Sequence record: NC_041874.1 | Direction: 5' to 3' (one strand) | Length of the DNA stretch: 49,628 nt | Source: Escherichia phage JMPW1 | Shown: one piece after another, positions 7,546-16,152 of the stretch | How positions within the stretch are numbered: the stretch's first letter is position 1 | Layout of the letters: every line of letters begins with the position of its first letter | Notes under the pieces: model-generated | Told to the model about the DNA's origin: nothing | The model's database searches: none | Seen by the model: only the letters and a program-made list of their open reading frames with translations | Translations under genes and position numbers: made by a program

Positions 7546-7589
7546 CACGAATTGCTAAAACGTCGGTGGGGTGACTTGATATAGTTACC
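7542..7589 (+). promoter_or_regulatory. Early promoter cassette: box + imperfect IR enclosing extended -10 TGATATAGT
   Basis: Box 7542-7561; IR about 7568-7589; -10 7580-7585. Confidence 0.55.
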
Positions 7590-7617
7590 TCATCGACAAC
7601 GAAGAGAGAAAATCGAA

Positions 7618-7827
7618 ATGATGGTATCAACTGATAAGTTTTTCACTTGCACTAAAACTTCTGAAGTATTCGAACTGGTTCATACTGATAATGGTGACTT
7701 CATGCATGACGGTTGCGACGTTTTCATTGAAGTGAAAGAAAGCGACTATGACTATGGGGTTTATTATAACCCGGCAGTGAACACTCAGTTTTTTACACCG
7801 ATCGAAGAGGAAGGAGAAGAAGCATGA
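7618..7827 (+). CDS. small acidic protein (69 aa)
   Basis: ORF after cassette. Confidence 0.5.
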   Translation: MMVSTDKFFTCTKTSEVFELVHTDNGDFMHDGCDVFIEVKESDYDYGVYYNPAVNTQFFTPIEEEGEEA

Positions 7828-8168
7828 TCACGATTAACCTGTCAGATAAACAAGCGCGTGAAATCCTCGATACTATCGGCGAACAGCTTCACGTAAAAGT
7901 CGCTACCGCTGAGATTCTTAACCAGATCGAAAGACAGCTAACCCCGGTGTCGACGAATCAGGCTGAGTTCTCAATCTGGAAAAGCGAGCGAATCCTGCCA
8001 AATATCATCAAGGCATGGAAGCGCAAGAATAAAAAAGAAATCAATGTTGATGACTTATTTTCTGATGAATTAAGTCCTTCAAAGGTTGCTCAATATCAGT
8101 TGCGATACATGGAATCAGTTTGCAATCAGGTTTTAAATGTCAACTTTTCATTCGGGAGTGGTAAATAA
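7824..8168 (+). CDS. hypothetical protein (114 aa)
   Basis: ORF overlapping upstream stop (ATGA). Confidence 0.5.
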   Translation: MITINLSDKQAREILDTIGEQLHVKVATAEILNQIERQLTPVSTNQAEFSIWKSERILPNIIKAWKRKNKKEINVDDLFSDELSPSKVAQYQLRYMESVCNQVLNVNFSFGSGK

Positions 8169-8398
8169 TGTTTGGTTTAAGTGAAGCGGAATGGAACGTG
8201 GTAAAGCGCGCGGCGAAGGAATTGAATAAATTCGTTAGCGGAATGAAGAAAGAAGATCGCAAAAACGAAAAGATTATGATTGATGTGATCTCAACTCATC
8301 ACAAAAAGGTTGAGCTACTCATCGACCGCTACAAGTTTGTATGGACCGCCGGATATATTGCAGGGCGCGTAGGTAACAAAGAGGGTGATTACGAATAA
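8168..8398 (+). CDS. hypothetical protein (76 aa)
   Basis: ORF, translationally coupled (TAATG). Confidence 0.5.
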   Translation: MFGLSEAEWNVVKRAAKELNKFVSGMKKEDRKNEKIMIDVISTHHKKVELLIDRYKFVWTAGYIAGRVGNKEGDYE

Positions 8399-8601
8399 TG
8401 GCTAACTTACCGAAGAAAGGCGATCAGGTTCGATGTGTTACATCACGCAATGGTGATGCTTTCTCAGCGGGATGCTTGTATGACGTTGAAAAAGTAAGTA
8501 AAGCAAAGAGACTCGTATTTGTATACGGAGACGATGGAAATATTCATGAGATTGACTACCCGCAGGATATTACTAATGGCCAATTTGAAATTAATGATTG
8601 A
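8398..8601 (+). CDS. small paralog-family protein (67 aa)
   Basis: ORF; shares K..C..F.VG..Y.V...DDG pattern with other small genes. Confidence 0.5.
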   Translation: MANLPKKGDQVRCVTSRNGDAFSAGCLYDVEKVSKAKRLVFVYGDDGNIHEIDYPQDITNGQFEIND

Positions 8602-8765
8602 CCTGAATCTCTGAGCGGTGATAGTATTAATCCCGTAGACAGACGAGGCGCAAATAAGCGCAACGCGTGAGACGATTCTCACACTTCCAGCTAACAAGCT
8701 CGGTTGCATAGTGGTTAAGCAACGCCGCAGACCCGTAAGCGGCAACAATTCAAGAGGATTGCATA

Positions 8766-8927
8766 ATGCAAAAAACTAAAGACGAATCAGTCAAAATTGA
8801 AATTAAAGTAACTCGCAACGGTGAAACCACTAGTTATAAAAAACGATTAAATCCTGGCGAGGCTGTTATTGGTCGCATTGCTGGCGTTATGATTAAGGCG
8901 CAGGAAGATGAAGCGATTCAAAGTTAA
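8766..8927 (+). CDS. hypothetical small protein (53 aa)
   Basis: ATG 8766 preceded by AAGAGGA; below the 60-aa cutoff of the ORF track. Confidence 0.4.
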   Translation: MQKTKDESVKIEIKVTRNGETTSYKKRLNPGEAVIGRIAGVMIKAQEDEAIQS

Positions 8928-8943
8928 ATTAATTATTCGAAAG

Positions 8944-9093
8944 ATGGGAATGTTTTGCCAGTCGTGCAAGCAATCTTTCGAAACTGAATTATCAGCAACC
9001 AGTCAGGATGAAGCCATCACGAAAGCAAAAAAACTTTCCGGCGCTAACCTTGACACTCACAAAATAAATATTGAATTAATCAAGGAGATTTAA
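8944..9093 (+). CDS. hypothetical small protein (about 49 aa, start uncertain)
   Basis: ORF 8908-9093 trimmed to first ATG after upstream stop. Confidence 0.3.
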   Translation: MGMFCQSCKQSFETELSATSQDEAITKAKKLSGANLDTHKINIELIKEI

Positions 9094-9094
9094 C

Positions 9095-9322
9095 ATGACA
9101 ATTTTTTTATTGATTATCGCTGGTGTCATTATTTTTGGTGCTGGTTTGTTTGCTGGCTTCGCACTTGTGGCGGCAGCAATTGCGATGGACGCGAAGGATA
9201 AAACTGGTGTATGGCTGACCTACTCGCCTAAGAAGGATCAATGGGAAATGACTGGCGACCTTGCTCACTGCTACTCTAAAGCTCAGACCCACCCTAAAGG
9301 CATTAAACGACGATTATCGTGA
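9095..9322 (+). CDS. small membrane protein (75 aa)
   Basis: Strong RBS AAGGAG; N-terminal hydrophobic segment IFLLIIAGVIIFGAGLFAGFALVAAAIA. Confidence 0.55.
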   Translation: MTIFLLIIAGVIIFGAGLFAGFALVAAAIAMDAKDKTGVWLTYSPKKDQWEMTGDLAHCYSKAQTHPKGIKRRLS

Positions 9323-9330
9323 TAAATACT

Positions 9331-9354
9331 AACCCGCTTCGGCGGGTTTTTTTA
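9331..9354 (+). terminator. intrinsic terminator ending early-left operon
   Basis: ACCCGC-TTCG-GCGGGT stem-loop followed by T7. Confidence 0.7.
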
Positions 9355-9372
9355 TGCCTGCAATATGGTAAA

Positions 9373-9391
9373 ATAGCACTAAATGTTAAAC
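9373..9391 (+). promoter_or_regulatory. Box (late-type context: no hairpin, immediately upstream of RBS)
   Basis: ATAGCACTAAATGTTAAAC preceded by -10-like TAAAAT. Confidence 0.45.
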
Positions 9392-9406
9392 AAAGAGGAT
9401 GGATTT

Positions 9407-9931
9407 ATGAGTGAACCTAAGAACGCCCCCGTAGTCCAGGGAGGTAATTTCAAAGAGCTATACAAGAAAAAGTTCGGCACTGTTCTTGCTAAAAACCGGG
9501 CAATGACGCCTGAGCAACTATTCGATCTGTCAGTTAAGTATTTCGAATGGGCTGAGGACAACGCAATCAAGGCGTCAGAATCAGCCAGCTTTCAGGGTGG
9601 CGTTTATGAATCGCTAGTTCATAAGCCGCGAGTCTTCACCTGGACCGGATACCGACTATTCATCGGTGCAAGCGAGGCAGCAATCATTAAGTGGAAGCGA
9701 GAGGAAGAATACAGTGAGGTTATGGAGTTTGTGGAATCGGTAATCAACGAGCAAAAATTCCAGCTTGCCGCCAACGGTGTTATTAATGCCTCCTTTATCG
9801 GTAAGGATCTCGGAATCGATAAGCCAGCCTCAATCAATATCGAAAACTCGTCAGCTTCCGCATCGACAGTAGTCGCCACCACTGAGGATGCAATGAAAGA
9901 GGCAGTAAATAGCATTCTTGACATGCTTTAA
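9407..9931 (+). CDS. terminase small subunit (putative)
   Basis: Position directly upstream of large terminase; start at ATG 9407 after AAAGAGGA. Confidence 0.5.
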   Translation: MSEPKNAPVVQGGNFKELYKKKFGTVLAKNRAMTPEQLFDLSVKYFEWAEDNAIKASESASFQGGVYESLVHKPRVFTWTGYRLFIGASEAAIIKWKREEEYSEVMEFVESVINEQKFQLAANGVINASFIGKDLGIDKPASINIENSSASASTVVATTEDAMKEAVNSILDML

Positions 9932-9970
9932 CGTTACGGGCGCGCGAGCGCCCACATGGGAGACTTAATC

Positions 9971-11539
9971 ATGATTCAATGGGAAGACCTTAACGCAACG
10001 CAGAAGTTAGCGATCAAGAAAATGAGCGAGGCCAATTTCGAAAAAATGATTCGGATCTGGTTCCAGCTTATGCAGGCGCAGCAGTTCCAGCCTAACTGGC
10101 ATCACCTTTACCTATGTCACGAAGTGGAGGAAATAATTGCAGGCCGACGCGGCAACACTATCTTTAACGTCACGCCTGGTTCCGGTAAAACTGAAGTGTT
10201 CTCAATTCACCTTCCGGTATACGCAATGCTCAAGTGTAAAAAGGTGCGAAACCTTAACGTGTCGTTTGCCGACAGCTTGGTTAAGCGTAACAGTAAGCGT
10301 GTCCGTGAGATTATCAGCAGCAACGAATTTCAAGAGCTATGGCCTTGCAAGTTCGGCACATCGAAAGACGAGGAGATGCAGGTTCTTAACGAAGATGGAA
10401 AGGTTTGGTTTGAGTTGATATCCGCAGCGGCTGGAGGTCGTATTACAGGTTCGCGTGGTGGCTACATGACGCCGGGATTCTCCGGTATGGTAATGCTCGA
10501 CGATATCGACAAGCCTGATGATATGTTCTCAAAGGTTAAGCGTGAGCGTACGCATATGCTACTGAAGAACACCATTCGCTCGCGCCGTATGCACAACGAA
10601 ACGCCAATCATCGCAATTCAGCAGCGACTACACGCACAGGATTCAACATGGTTCATGATGAATGGCGGGATGGGGATCGAGTTTGATCAAATCTCAATTC
10701 CGGCACTGGTGACTGAAGAATACGGAAAGACGCTTCCTGACTGGTTACAACCATACTTCGAGCGCGACGTTTTGTCGTCTGAGTATGTAGAATTGGATGG
10801 AGTTAAGCATTACTCATTCTGGCCCAGCAAGGAAAGCGTTCACGACCTGTTAGCTCTTCGAGAAGCGGACCAGTATACCTTTGACTCTCAGTATCAGCAG
10901 AAGCCGATCGCGCTTGGTGGCTCCGTGTTCAATTCGGAGTGGTGGACTTATTACGGCAGCAGCCTTGACGCTGATGAGCCGGATCCTGGTAAATATGATT
11001 ACCGTTTTATCACCGCTGATACCGCTCAGAAGACAGGTGAGCTAAACGACTACACAGTCTTTTGTTTATGGGGTAAGAAAAACGATAAGGTTTACTTTAT
11101 CGACGGCATTCGCGGAAAGTGGGAAGCGCCGGATATGGAGAAGCAATTTACCGCTTTCGTCAACCAAGCATGGAGGCACAATAAATCAATGGGGGTGCTT
11201 CGTAAAATCTATGTGGAAGATAAGGCGAGTGGTACGGGCTTAATCCAGAATCTAAGGAAAAAGACTCCGATATCCATCACTCCATTGCAGCGTAACAAAG
11301 ACAAAGTTACCCGAGCTATGGATGCCCAGCCAGTTATTAAAGCCGGGCGCGTGGTTCTGCCAGAAGAGCACCCCATGCTTGCGGAAATTATCGCGGAACA
11401 TAGCGCGTTCACTTACGATGACACGCATCCGCACGACGATATTGTCGATAACTTCATGGACGCTGCAAACATTGAACTACTGACAATTGACGATCCTATC
11501 GAGAGAATGAAGCGACTCGCCGGGATGGTTAAGCGGTAA
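9971..11539 (+). CDS. terminase large subunit
   Basis: Walker A VTPGSGKTE, Walker B-like MVMLDDID, size about 520 aa, followed by portal. Confidence 0.8.
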   Translation: MIQWEDLNATQKLAIKKMSEANFEKMIRIWFQLMQAQQFQPNWHHLYLCHEVEEIIAGRRGNTIFNVTPGSGKTEVFSIHLPVYAMLKCKKVRNLNVSFADSLVKRNSKRVREIISSNEFQELWPCKFGTSKDEEMQVLNEDGKVWFELISAAAGGRITGSRGGYMTPGFSGMVMLDDIDKPDDMFSKVKRERTHMLLKNTIRSRRMHNETPIIAIQQRLHAQDSTWFMMNGGMGIEFDQISIPALVTEEYGKTLPDWLQPYFERDVLSSEYVELDGVKHYSFWPSKESVHDLLALREADQYTFDSQYQQKPIALGGSVFNSEWWTYYGSSLDADEPDPGKYDYRFITADTAQKTGELNDYTVFCLWGKKNDKVYFIDGIRGKWEAPDMEKQFTAFVNQAWRHNKSMGVLRKIYVEDKASGTGLIQNLRKKTPISITPLQRNKDKVTRAMDAQPVIKAGRVVLPEEHPMLAEIIAEHSAFTYDDTHPHDDIVDNFMDAANIELLTIDDPIERMKRLAGMVKR

Positions 11540-11555
11540 TAAATGAGATATAATC

Positions 11556-11584
11556 AGGGCTGTCAATTGACGGCCCTTTTTATT
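11556..11584 (+). terminator. hairpin + T-run between terminase and portal
   Basis: AGGGCTGTC...GACGGCCCT followed by TTTTTATT. Confidence 0.35.
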
Positions 11585-11593
11585 GGAGGAAAC

Positions 11594-12877
11594 ATGAAAA
11601 TTGTTAAGCATGATGGATATAACGATATTTTTAACGGCGGTGCAGACGGATCGCCTAAGCCATTCTTTATGTCTGATGCATCATATCACGTCGGTTCTTT
11701 CTACAACGACAACGCAACCGCGAAGCGAATTGTGGATGTTATCCCGGAAGAGATGGTGACGGCTGGTTTTAAAATGTCAGGCGTTAAGGATGAAAAAGAG
11801 TTCAAGTCTTTATGGGATAGCTACAAACTTGATTCAAGTCTGGTGGATCTTCTTTGTTGGGCGCGACTTTACGGTGGCGCGGCGATGGTGGCAATCATCA
11901 ACGACAACCGGATGTTAACCAGTCAGGCAAAGCCTGGAGCCAAACTTGAAGGCGTCCGAGTTTACGATCGATTTGCTATCACTGTTGAAAAGCGAGTCAC
12001 CAATGCAAGATCCCCTCGCTATGGTGAGCCTGAAATCTACAAGGTATCCCCTGGCGACAATATGCAGCCGTATCTGATTCATCACTCAAGAGTCTTTATT
12101 GCTGATGGTGAGCGAGTAACGCAACAGGCAAGAAAACAGAATCAAGGATGGGGAGCATCGGTATTGAACAAGTCACTGATTGATGCAATCTGTGACTATG
12201 ATTACTGTGAATCTCTGGCTACTCAGATCTTGAGACGTAAGCAACAGGCTGTATGGAAGGTCAAAGGTCTTGCCGAAATGTGTGATGATGATGATGCTCA
12301 GTACGCCGCGCGCCTGCGACTTGCTCAGGTTGATGATAACTCCGGCGTGGGCCGTGCGATCGGTATCGATGCTGAGACTGAGGAATATGACGTTCTCAAC
12401 TCTGATATCAGCGGAGTTCCTGAGTTCTTATCAAGCAAGATGGACCGCATCGTCTCCCTATCCGGGATCCATGAGATTATCATCAAGAATAAGAACGTAG
12501 GCGGCGTATCAGCGAGCCAAAACACAGCGCTTGAGACTTTCTATAAGCTAGTCGATCGCAAGCGCGAGGAAGATTACAGGCCGCTTCTTGAGTTCTTGTT
12601 GCCGTTCATTGTTGATGAGGAAGAGTGGTCGATCGAGTTTGAGCCTTTGTCTGTTCCGAGTAAGAAAGAGGAATCAGAGATCACGAAGAATAACGTTGAG
12701 TCAGTCACGAAGGCTATCACTGAGCAAATCATCGATCTGGAAGAAGCTCGCGACACGTTGCGATCCATTGCCCCTGAGTTCAAACTCAAGGATGGTAATA
12801 ACATCAACATTCGCGAACCGGAAGAAACAACCGAACCGGAGCCGGGATTAGGGGAGAAGTTAGAAGATGAAAATTAA
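11594..12877 (+). CDS. portal protein
   Basis: About 427 aa, directly after TerL, acidic C-terminus; start ATG 11594 after GGAGGA. Confidence 0.7.
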   Translation: MKIVKHDGYNDIFNGGADGSPKPFFMSDASYHVGSFYNDNATAKRIVDVIPEEMVTAGFKMSGVKDEKEFKSLWDSYKLDSSLVDLLCWARLYGGAAMVAIINDNRMLTSQAKPGAKLEGVRVYDRFAITVEKRVTNARSPRYGEPEIYKVSPGDNMQPYLIHHSRVFIADGERVTQQARKQNQGWGASVLNKSLIDAICDYDYCESLATQILRRKQQAVWKVKGLAEMCDDDDAQYAARLRLAQVDDNSGVGRAIGIDAETEEYDVLNSDISGVPEFLSSKMDRIVSLSGIHEIIIKNKNVGGVSASQNTALETFYKLVDRKREEDYRPLLEFLLPFIVDEEEWSIEFEPLSVPSKKEESEITKNNVESVTKAITEQIIDLEEARDTLRSIAPEFKLKDGNNINIREPEETTEPEPGLGEKLEDEN

Positions 12878-13628
12878 TGGCGTTGCAACACAGTGGCGCT
12901 ATCCTGAAATGAGCGAGCGCGCAATGTCGCGCTCCCTACAGGATGTTGCAGCCAAACTAACTGAAAAAATGCGTGACGAATTAAAGCCGATGAAATTTGA
13001 CGCTACTGACGAAGAGATAGATCAGACAGAAAGGTCATTGCTTGATTACGTCGAATCACTCATCGCTCCGATTATTGGTTCTCTATCATCCGTTGCGCTC
13101 GCGATCTATAAATTCAACTCTAAGCAGTGGCTGCGCATCGCTCGCAATGCTGGAGGTAAGAAGAATCAAGCCGTGATGCTACTAGCCCTGATTGGTCCTA
13201 CCGCTGCCGAAAGCTGGTACTCAGGACAATATAATCTGTGGCGATCGCAGGTGACTACTTCTATCAGGAAATTTGCCGCCAACATGGTTACTGATTTCAC
13301 TGATAAACTTCGTGCGGCATCCGGTCAGGGTAAAAGCAAGGATTTTGTTGTTGAACTTGCTAAGGAGCGATTTGGTATTTACCGTAGCTGGGCCAAAAAT
13401 AGAGCGTCGGGAATTGTCGGAACCTGGAACAGTAGACTGATGCGGCAGCGCATAAAAGACGCTGGTGTATCTTACTATTTCTGGCGCGGGGTGATGGATT
13501 TACGCGAACGTGAAAAACATGTAAGATGGGAAGGTAAGCGCATAGCGGTAGATTCCGATCACGTATTCCCGGGTGAAGAATACAACTGCCGCTGTTGGGC
13601 TGTTCCAGACTTTTCTACAGGAGATTAA
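12867..13628 (+). CDS. minor head / head morphogenesis protein (putative)
   Basis: Gene order portal then morphogenesis protein; 253 aa with C-terminal CRCW motif. Confidence 0.45.
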   Translation: MKINGVATQWRYPEMSERAMSRSLQDVAAKLTEKMRDELKPMKFDATDEEIDQTERSLLDYVESLIAPIIGSLSSVALAIYKFNSKQWLRIARNAGGKKNQAVMLLALIGPTAAESWYSGQYNLWRSQVTTSIRKFAANMVTDFTDKLRAASGQGKSKDFVVELAKERFGIYRSWAKNRASGIVGTWNSRLMRQRIKDAGVSYYFWRGVMDLREREKHVRWEGKRIAVDSDHVFPGEEYNCRCWAVPDFSTGD

Positions 13629-13630
13629 AA

Positions 13631-14743
13631 ATGAAGGCAAAGCAAAGATTCGATTCAGTAAAAATCAAGGCTCACTTTGATGATAACGGTTTTTTAGTTG
13701 ACCGCCCAATCGTGGCGCGAATCGGCGCTCAGGTTTACAAAACGCCGCACGGCGATCGAGTTGAGTTCCGTCCGGCGTCCGAAGTTTTCAAGCAAGATTC
13801 CTTGCAAAGTTTTGCAGGCAAGCCGATAACAGTCGGTCACGTAACGGTGACACCCCAAAATGCTAAGGACGTTGTTGTCGGATCGTGTGCTGGCGCTGGT
13901 ATTGCTTCAGGGGTTGGCGTTGAAGTTCCTTTGAGTATTTACAGCGACTACGCGATCAGCAAAGCTAAAGCGAAGGAGGCCGGGGAATTATCTGTAGGGT
14001 ATACGTCGGTAGATATTGATAAGCCCGGCTGGGGTTCAAATGAGACTGGAGAATATATCTTCGAAGAGGATATGAAACAGGACGAAGCGCCGCCTGAAGG
14101 TTGGGTGAAATTCGACGCGGTACAAACTAATATCAAGGTCAACCATATTGCCCTAGTTTTTAAAGGTCGTGCGGGAATTGCTAAATTAAATCTTGATGCC
14201 GAACAGGAGTTCCCGTATGATAATAACGTTCAATTAACTAACGAGGACAAGCAAATGAAAAAAATTAAGATCGACTCAGTTGATGTGGAAGTAACCGAAG
14301 ACGTTGCGAACCATATCGAAAAATTAACCGCGCAGATTGCCACCATTCAGGGGAAAGCTGATGGCTTCGAAGCTGAGCGCGATGCGCTGAAGGTTAAGGT
14401 TGACTCTCTGCCGGAACTTGTGAAGGCCGAGGTAGAGAAGCAAAAAGCCGATGCCGCCGCACGCGCAGAAGTTACCGCAGTAGCAGAAACCGCAGGCGTC
14501 AAACATGATGGTCTTGATATCAAAGACGTCAAGATTGCCGTAGTTAAAGCCATGCTTGATAAAGATGTTAGTGAAAAATCAGACGCATATATCGACGCTA
14601 TGTTTGATGTTGCTAAAGATTCTGATATCATGGCTATTCAGCGTAAAGCAGTAAAAGGCGACTCTATCGAAGGCGGTAAGCCGGAAGAGAAAAACGACGC
14701 CGCGCCTGTTACGCCAAATTCACGTTTAAGCAAAGTAATGTAA
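13631..14743 (+). CDS. putative scaffolding / prohead protein
   Basis: Position before capsid genes; coiled-coil-like E/K/A-rich segment. Confidence 0.4.
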   Translation: MKAKQRFDSVKIKAHFDDNGFLVDRPIVARIGAQVYKTPHGDRVEFRPASEVFKQDSLQSFAGKPITVGHVTVTPQNAKDVVVGSCAGAGIASGVGVEVPLSIYSDYAISKAKAKEAGELSVGYTSVDIDKPGWGSNETGEYIFEEDMKQDEAPPEGWVKFDAVQTNIKVNHIALVFKGRAGIAKLNLDAEQEFPYDNNVQLTNEDKQMKKIKIDSVDVEVTEDVANHIEKLTAQIATIQGKADGFEAERDALKVKVDSLPELVKAEVEKQKADAAARAEVTAVAETAGVKHDGLDIKDVKIAVVKAMLDKDVSEKSDAYIDAMFDVAKDSDIMAIQRKAVKGDSIEGGKPEEKNDAAPVTPNSRLSKVM

Positions 14744-14754
14744 GGGGAAATATC

Positions 14755-15231
14755 ATGGCACAAATTAATGCATCTTATCAGCGAGATATGGCGATTGCGC
14801 TTCCGGGTATGGTTGCGGATACTTCAAAGTACAATATTGACGGCGCTTGTGTCGTTAATGAAGGTGATGTTCTTGTTGGCGCTGCCGTACAAGTTGTTCA
14901 AGCTCAGGCGGTTGATGGTCATAAGTTGGTTAAGGCTCTTACTACCGGAACCACTCCTTACGGCGTGGCAATCCGATCTCACTGGCAGACTGTTAACGCT
15001 CAAAATCAGATGATTTACGAAGATGGCGGCGCTATCAACGTGATGACTTCAGGCCGAGTATGGATGCTTTCCAAATCCACCGAAGCACCAACTTTCGGCT
15101 CTGCCGTTAAACTTGATGTTGATGGTCAGGAAAAATCTGATGGCACGATCGAAACAACCTGGACCTACGCTGGCGGTTGGACTAAATACAAAGATATTCA
15201 GCTTGTTGAGGTTCAGTTGCATCAACTGTAA
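14755..15231 (+). CDS. putative head decoration-like protein (158 aa)
   Basis: Paralog of next gene (shared YNIDGACV..G....G.AVQVV motif). Confidence 0.4.
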   Translation: MAQINASYQRDMAIALPGMVADTSKYNIDGACVVNEGDVLVGAAVQVVQAQAVDGHKLVKALTTGTTPYGVAIRSHWQTVNAQNQMIYEDGGAINVMTSGRVWMLSKSTEAPTFGSAVKLDVDGQEKSDGTIETTWTYAGGWTKYKDIQLVEVQLHQL

Positions 15232-15247
15232 TTAGCGTTTAATATGG

Positions 15248-15279
15248 GGACTATCTTTTTTTTGGATAGTCCTTTTTTT
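15248..15279 (+). terminator. intrinsic terminator
   Basis: GGACTATC / GATAGTCC stem, T-rich loop and tail. Confidence 0.5.
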
Positions 15280-15293
15280 ATGGAGAAATCATT

Positions 15294-16061
15294 ATGGCTT
15301 ACGAAAATTTGTTCTTGCGCCCCGCGTGTCCGGGAAATATTTCTGATACTTCAACCTACAATATTGATGGAGCTTGTGTGGCTCAAGGTGACATTGGGTT
15401 CGGCTCAGCGGTTCAGGTTGTAGGCATCGTTGACGGTGTAAAAGTTGTGGCGGCGCTTCCTGATGGTGGAACTCCTTACGGTATCGCTTTCCGTTCCCAA
15501 TATGAACACCTGAGCGGTAAAATCCTTGACGGTGAAGTGTGCAACGTCGTTTCTCACGGTCGCGTATGGACTCTTACTTCTCTTGGTGAGGCTCCCAGCT
15601 TGTTCTCAAAGTTACAGTTTGGGTCTGGTGGAGTTGTTACTGGTGGATCTGGTTCCGCAGGTTGGACATTTGCGGGTGGCTTTGTTAAGCATGAAGATGG
15701 CTACATCATTGAGGTTCAGGTGAAACAAAATGCTTTCATCGCTCCACCGCCACCGCCCCCTGTCGTTCTTGTTGAATCTGCTACAATCGCCACTGACAAG
15801 GAAAGCCCTCAACCAAACAATGTTACGATCCAGTGTGTAGCTAATGCTCTTCCGGATAATGCAACCGATAAGACTGGTAAATGGTCAATCGACGCTACCA
15901 ATATCGCCACTGTCGATCCGGACTCAGGTCTTGTAACTCCTGTTGGTGGAGAGGTAGTCGGTGATTTCAATATTACCTGGACGGCTAACGATGCCAGCAA
16001 GACGACGGCAACTATTGCTTATCGCGTAGAAGCAGTGCCAACGCCAGAGGTTGATGCATAA
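15294..16061 (+). CDS. putative decoration protein with C-terminal Ig-like (Big_2-like) domain
   Basis: N-terminus paralogous to 14755 gene; poly-Pro linker APPPPPPVV then Ig-like region. Confidence 0.4.
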   Translation: MAYENLFLRPACPGNISDTSTYNIDGACVAQGDIGFGSAVQVVGIVDGVKVVAALPDGGTPYGIAFRSQYEHLSGKILDGEVCNVVSHGRVWTLTSLGEAPSLFSKLQFGSGGVVTGGSGSAGWTFAGGFVKHEDGYIIEVQVKQNAFIAPPPPPPVVLVESATIATDKESPQPNNVTIQCVANALPDNATDKTGKWSIDATNIATVDPDSGLVTPVGGEVVGDFNITWTANDASKTTATIAYRVEAVPTPEVDA

Positions 16062-16081
16062 CATAAAAACACTTTGACGCT

Positions 16082-16132
16082 TTAACAAAAAGTGCTATTA
16101 TTGAAGCCGTGAACATAATCACGGCTTTTTTA
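16082..16132 (+). promoter_or_regulatory. Reverse-orientation box + IR AGCCGTGA/TCACGGCT enclosing CATAAT, followed by T-run (promoter/terminator composite before capsid gene)
   Basis: TTAACAAAAAGTGCTAT 16082-16098; hairpin 16105-16126; T6 16126-16131. Confidence 0.5.
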
Positions 16133-16152
16133 TTAACTACGGAGAAGTAATC

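Noticed and set aside
8690-8765. tRNA-like impression (TAGTGGTTAAGCAACG resembling a D-arm)
   Set aside because: No T-arm GGTTCGANTCC consensus, no 7-bp acceptor stem, and the anticodon-like loop has the wrong size; not a tRNA.
10137-10418. Alternative-frame ORFs inside the terminase, portal and fibre genes (10137-10418, 12270-12500, 28285-28467, 31208-31405)
   Set aside because: Same-strand overlapping frames with Arg/Ser-rich low-complexity translations typical of off-frame reading of GC-richer coding DNA.
16105-16132. Simple terminator immediately upstream of the capsid gene
   Set aside because: Not rejected as a structure, but it is not a plain terminator: the loop carries a -10-like CATAAT and a reversed box precedes it, so it is annotated as a composite promoter/terminator element.
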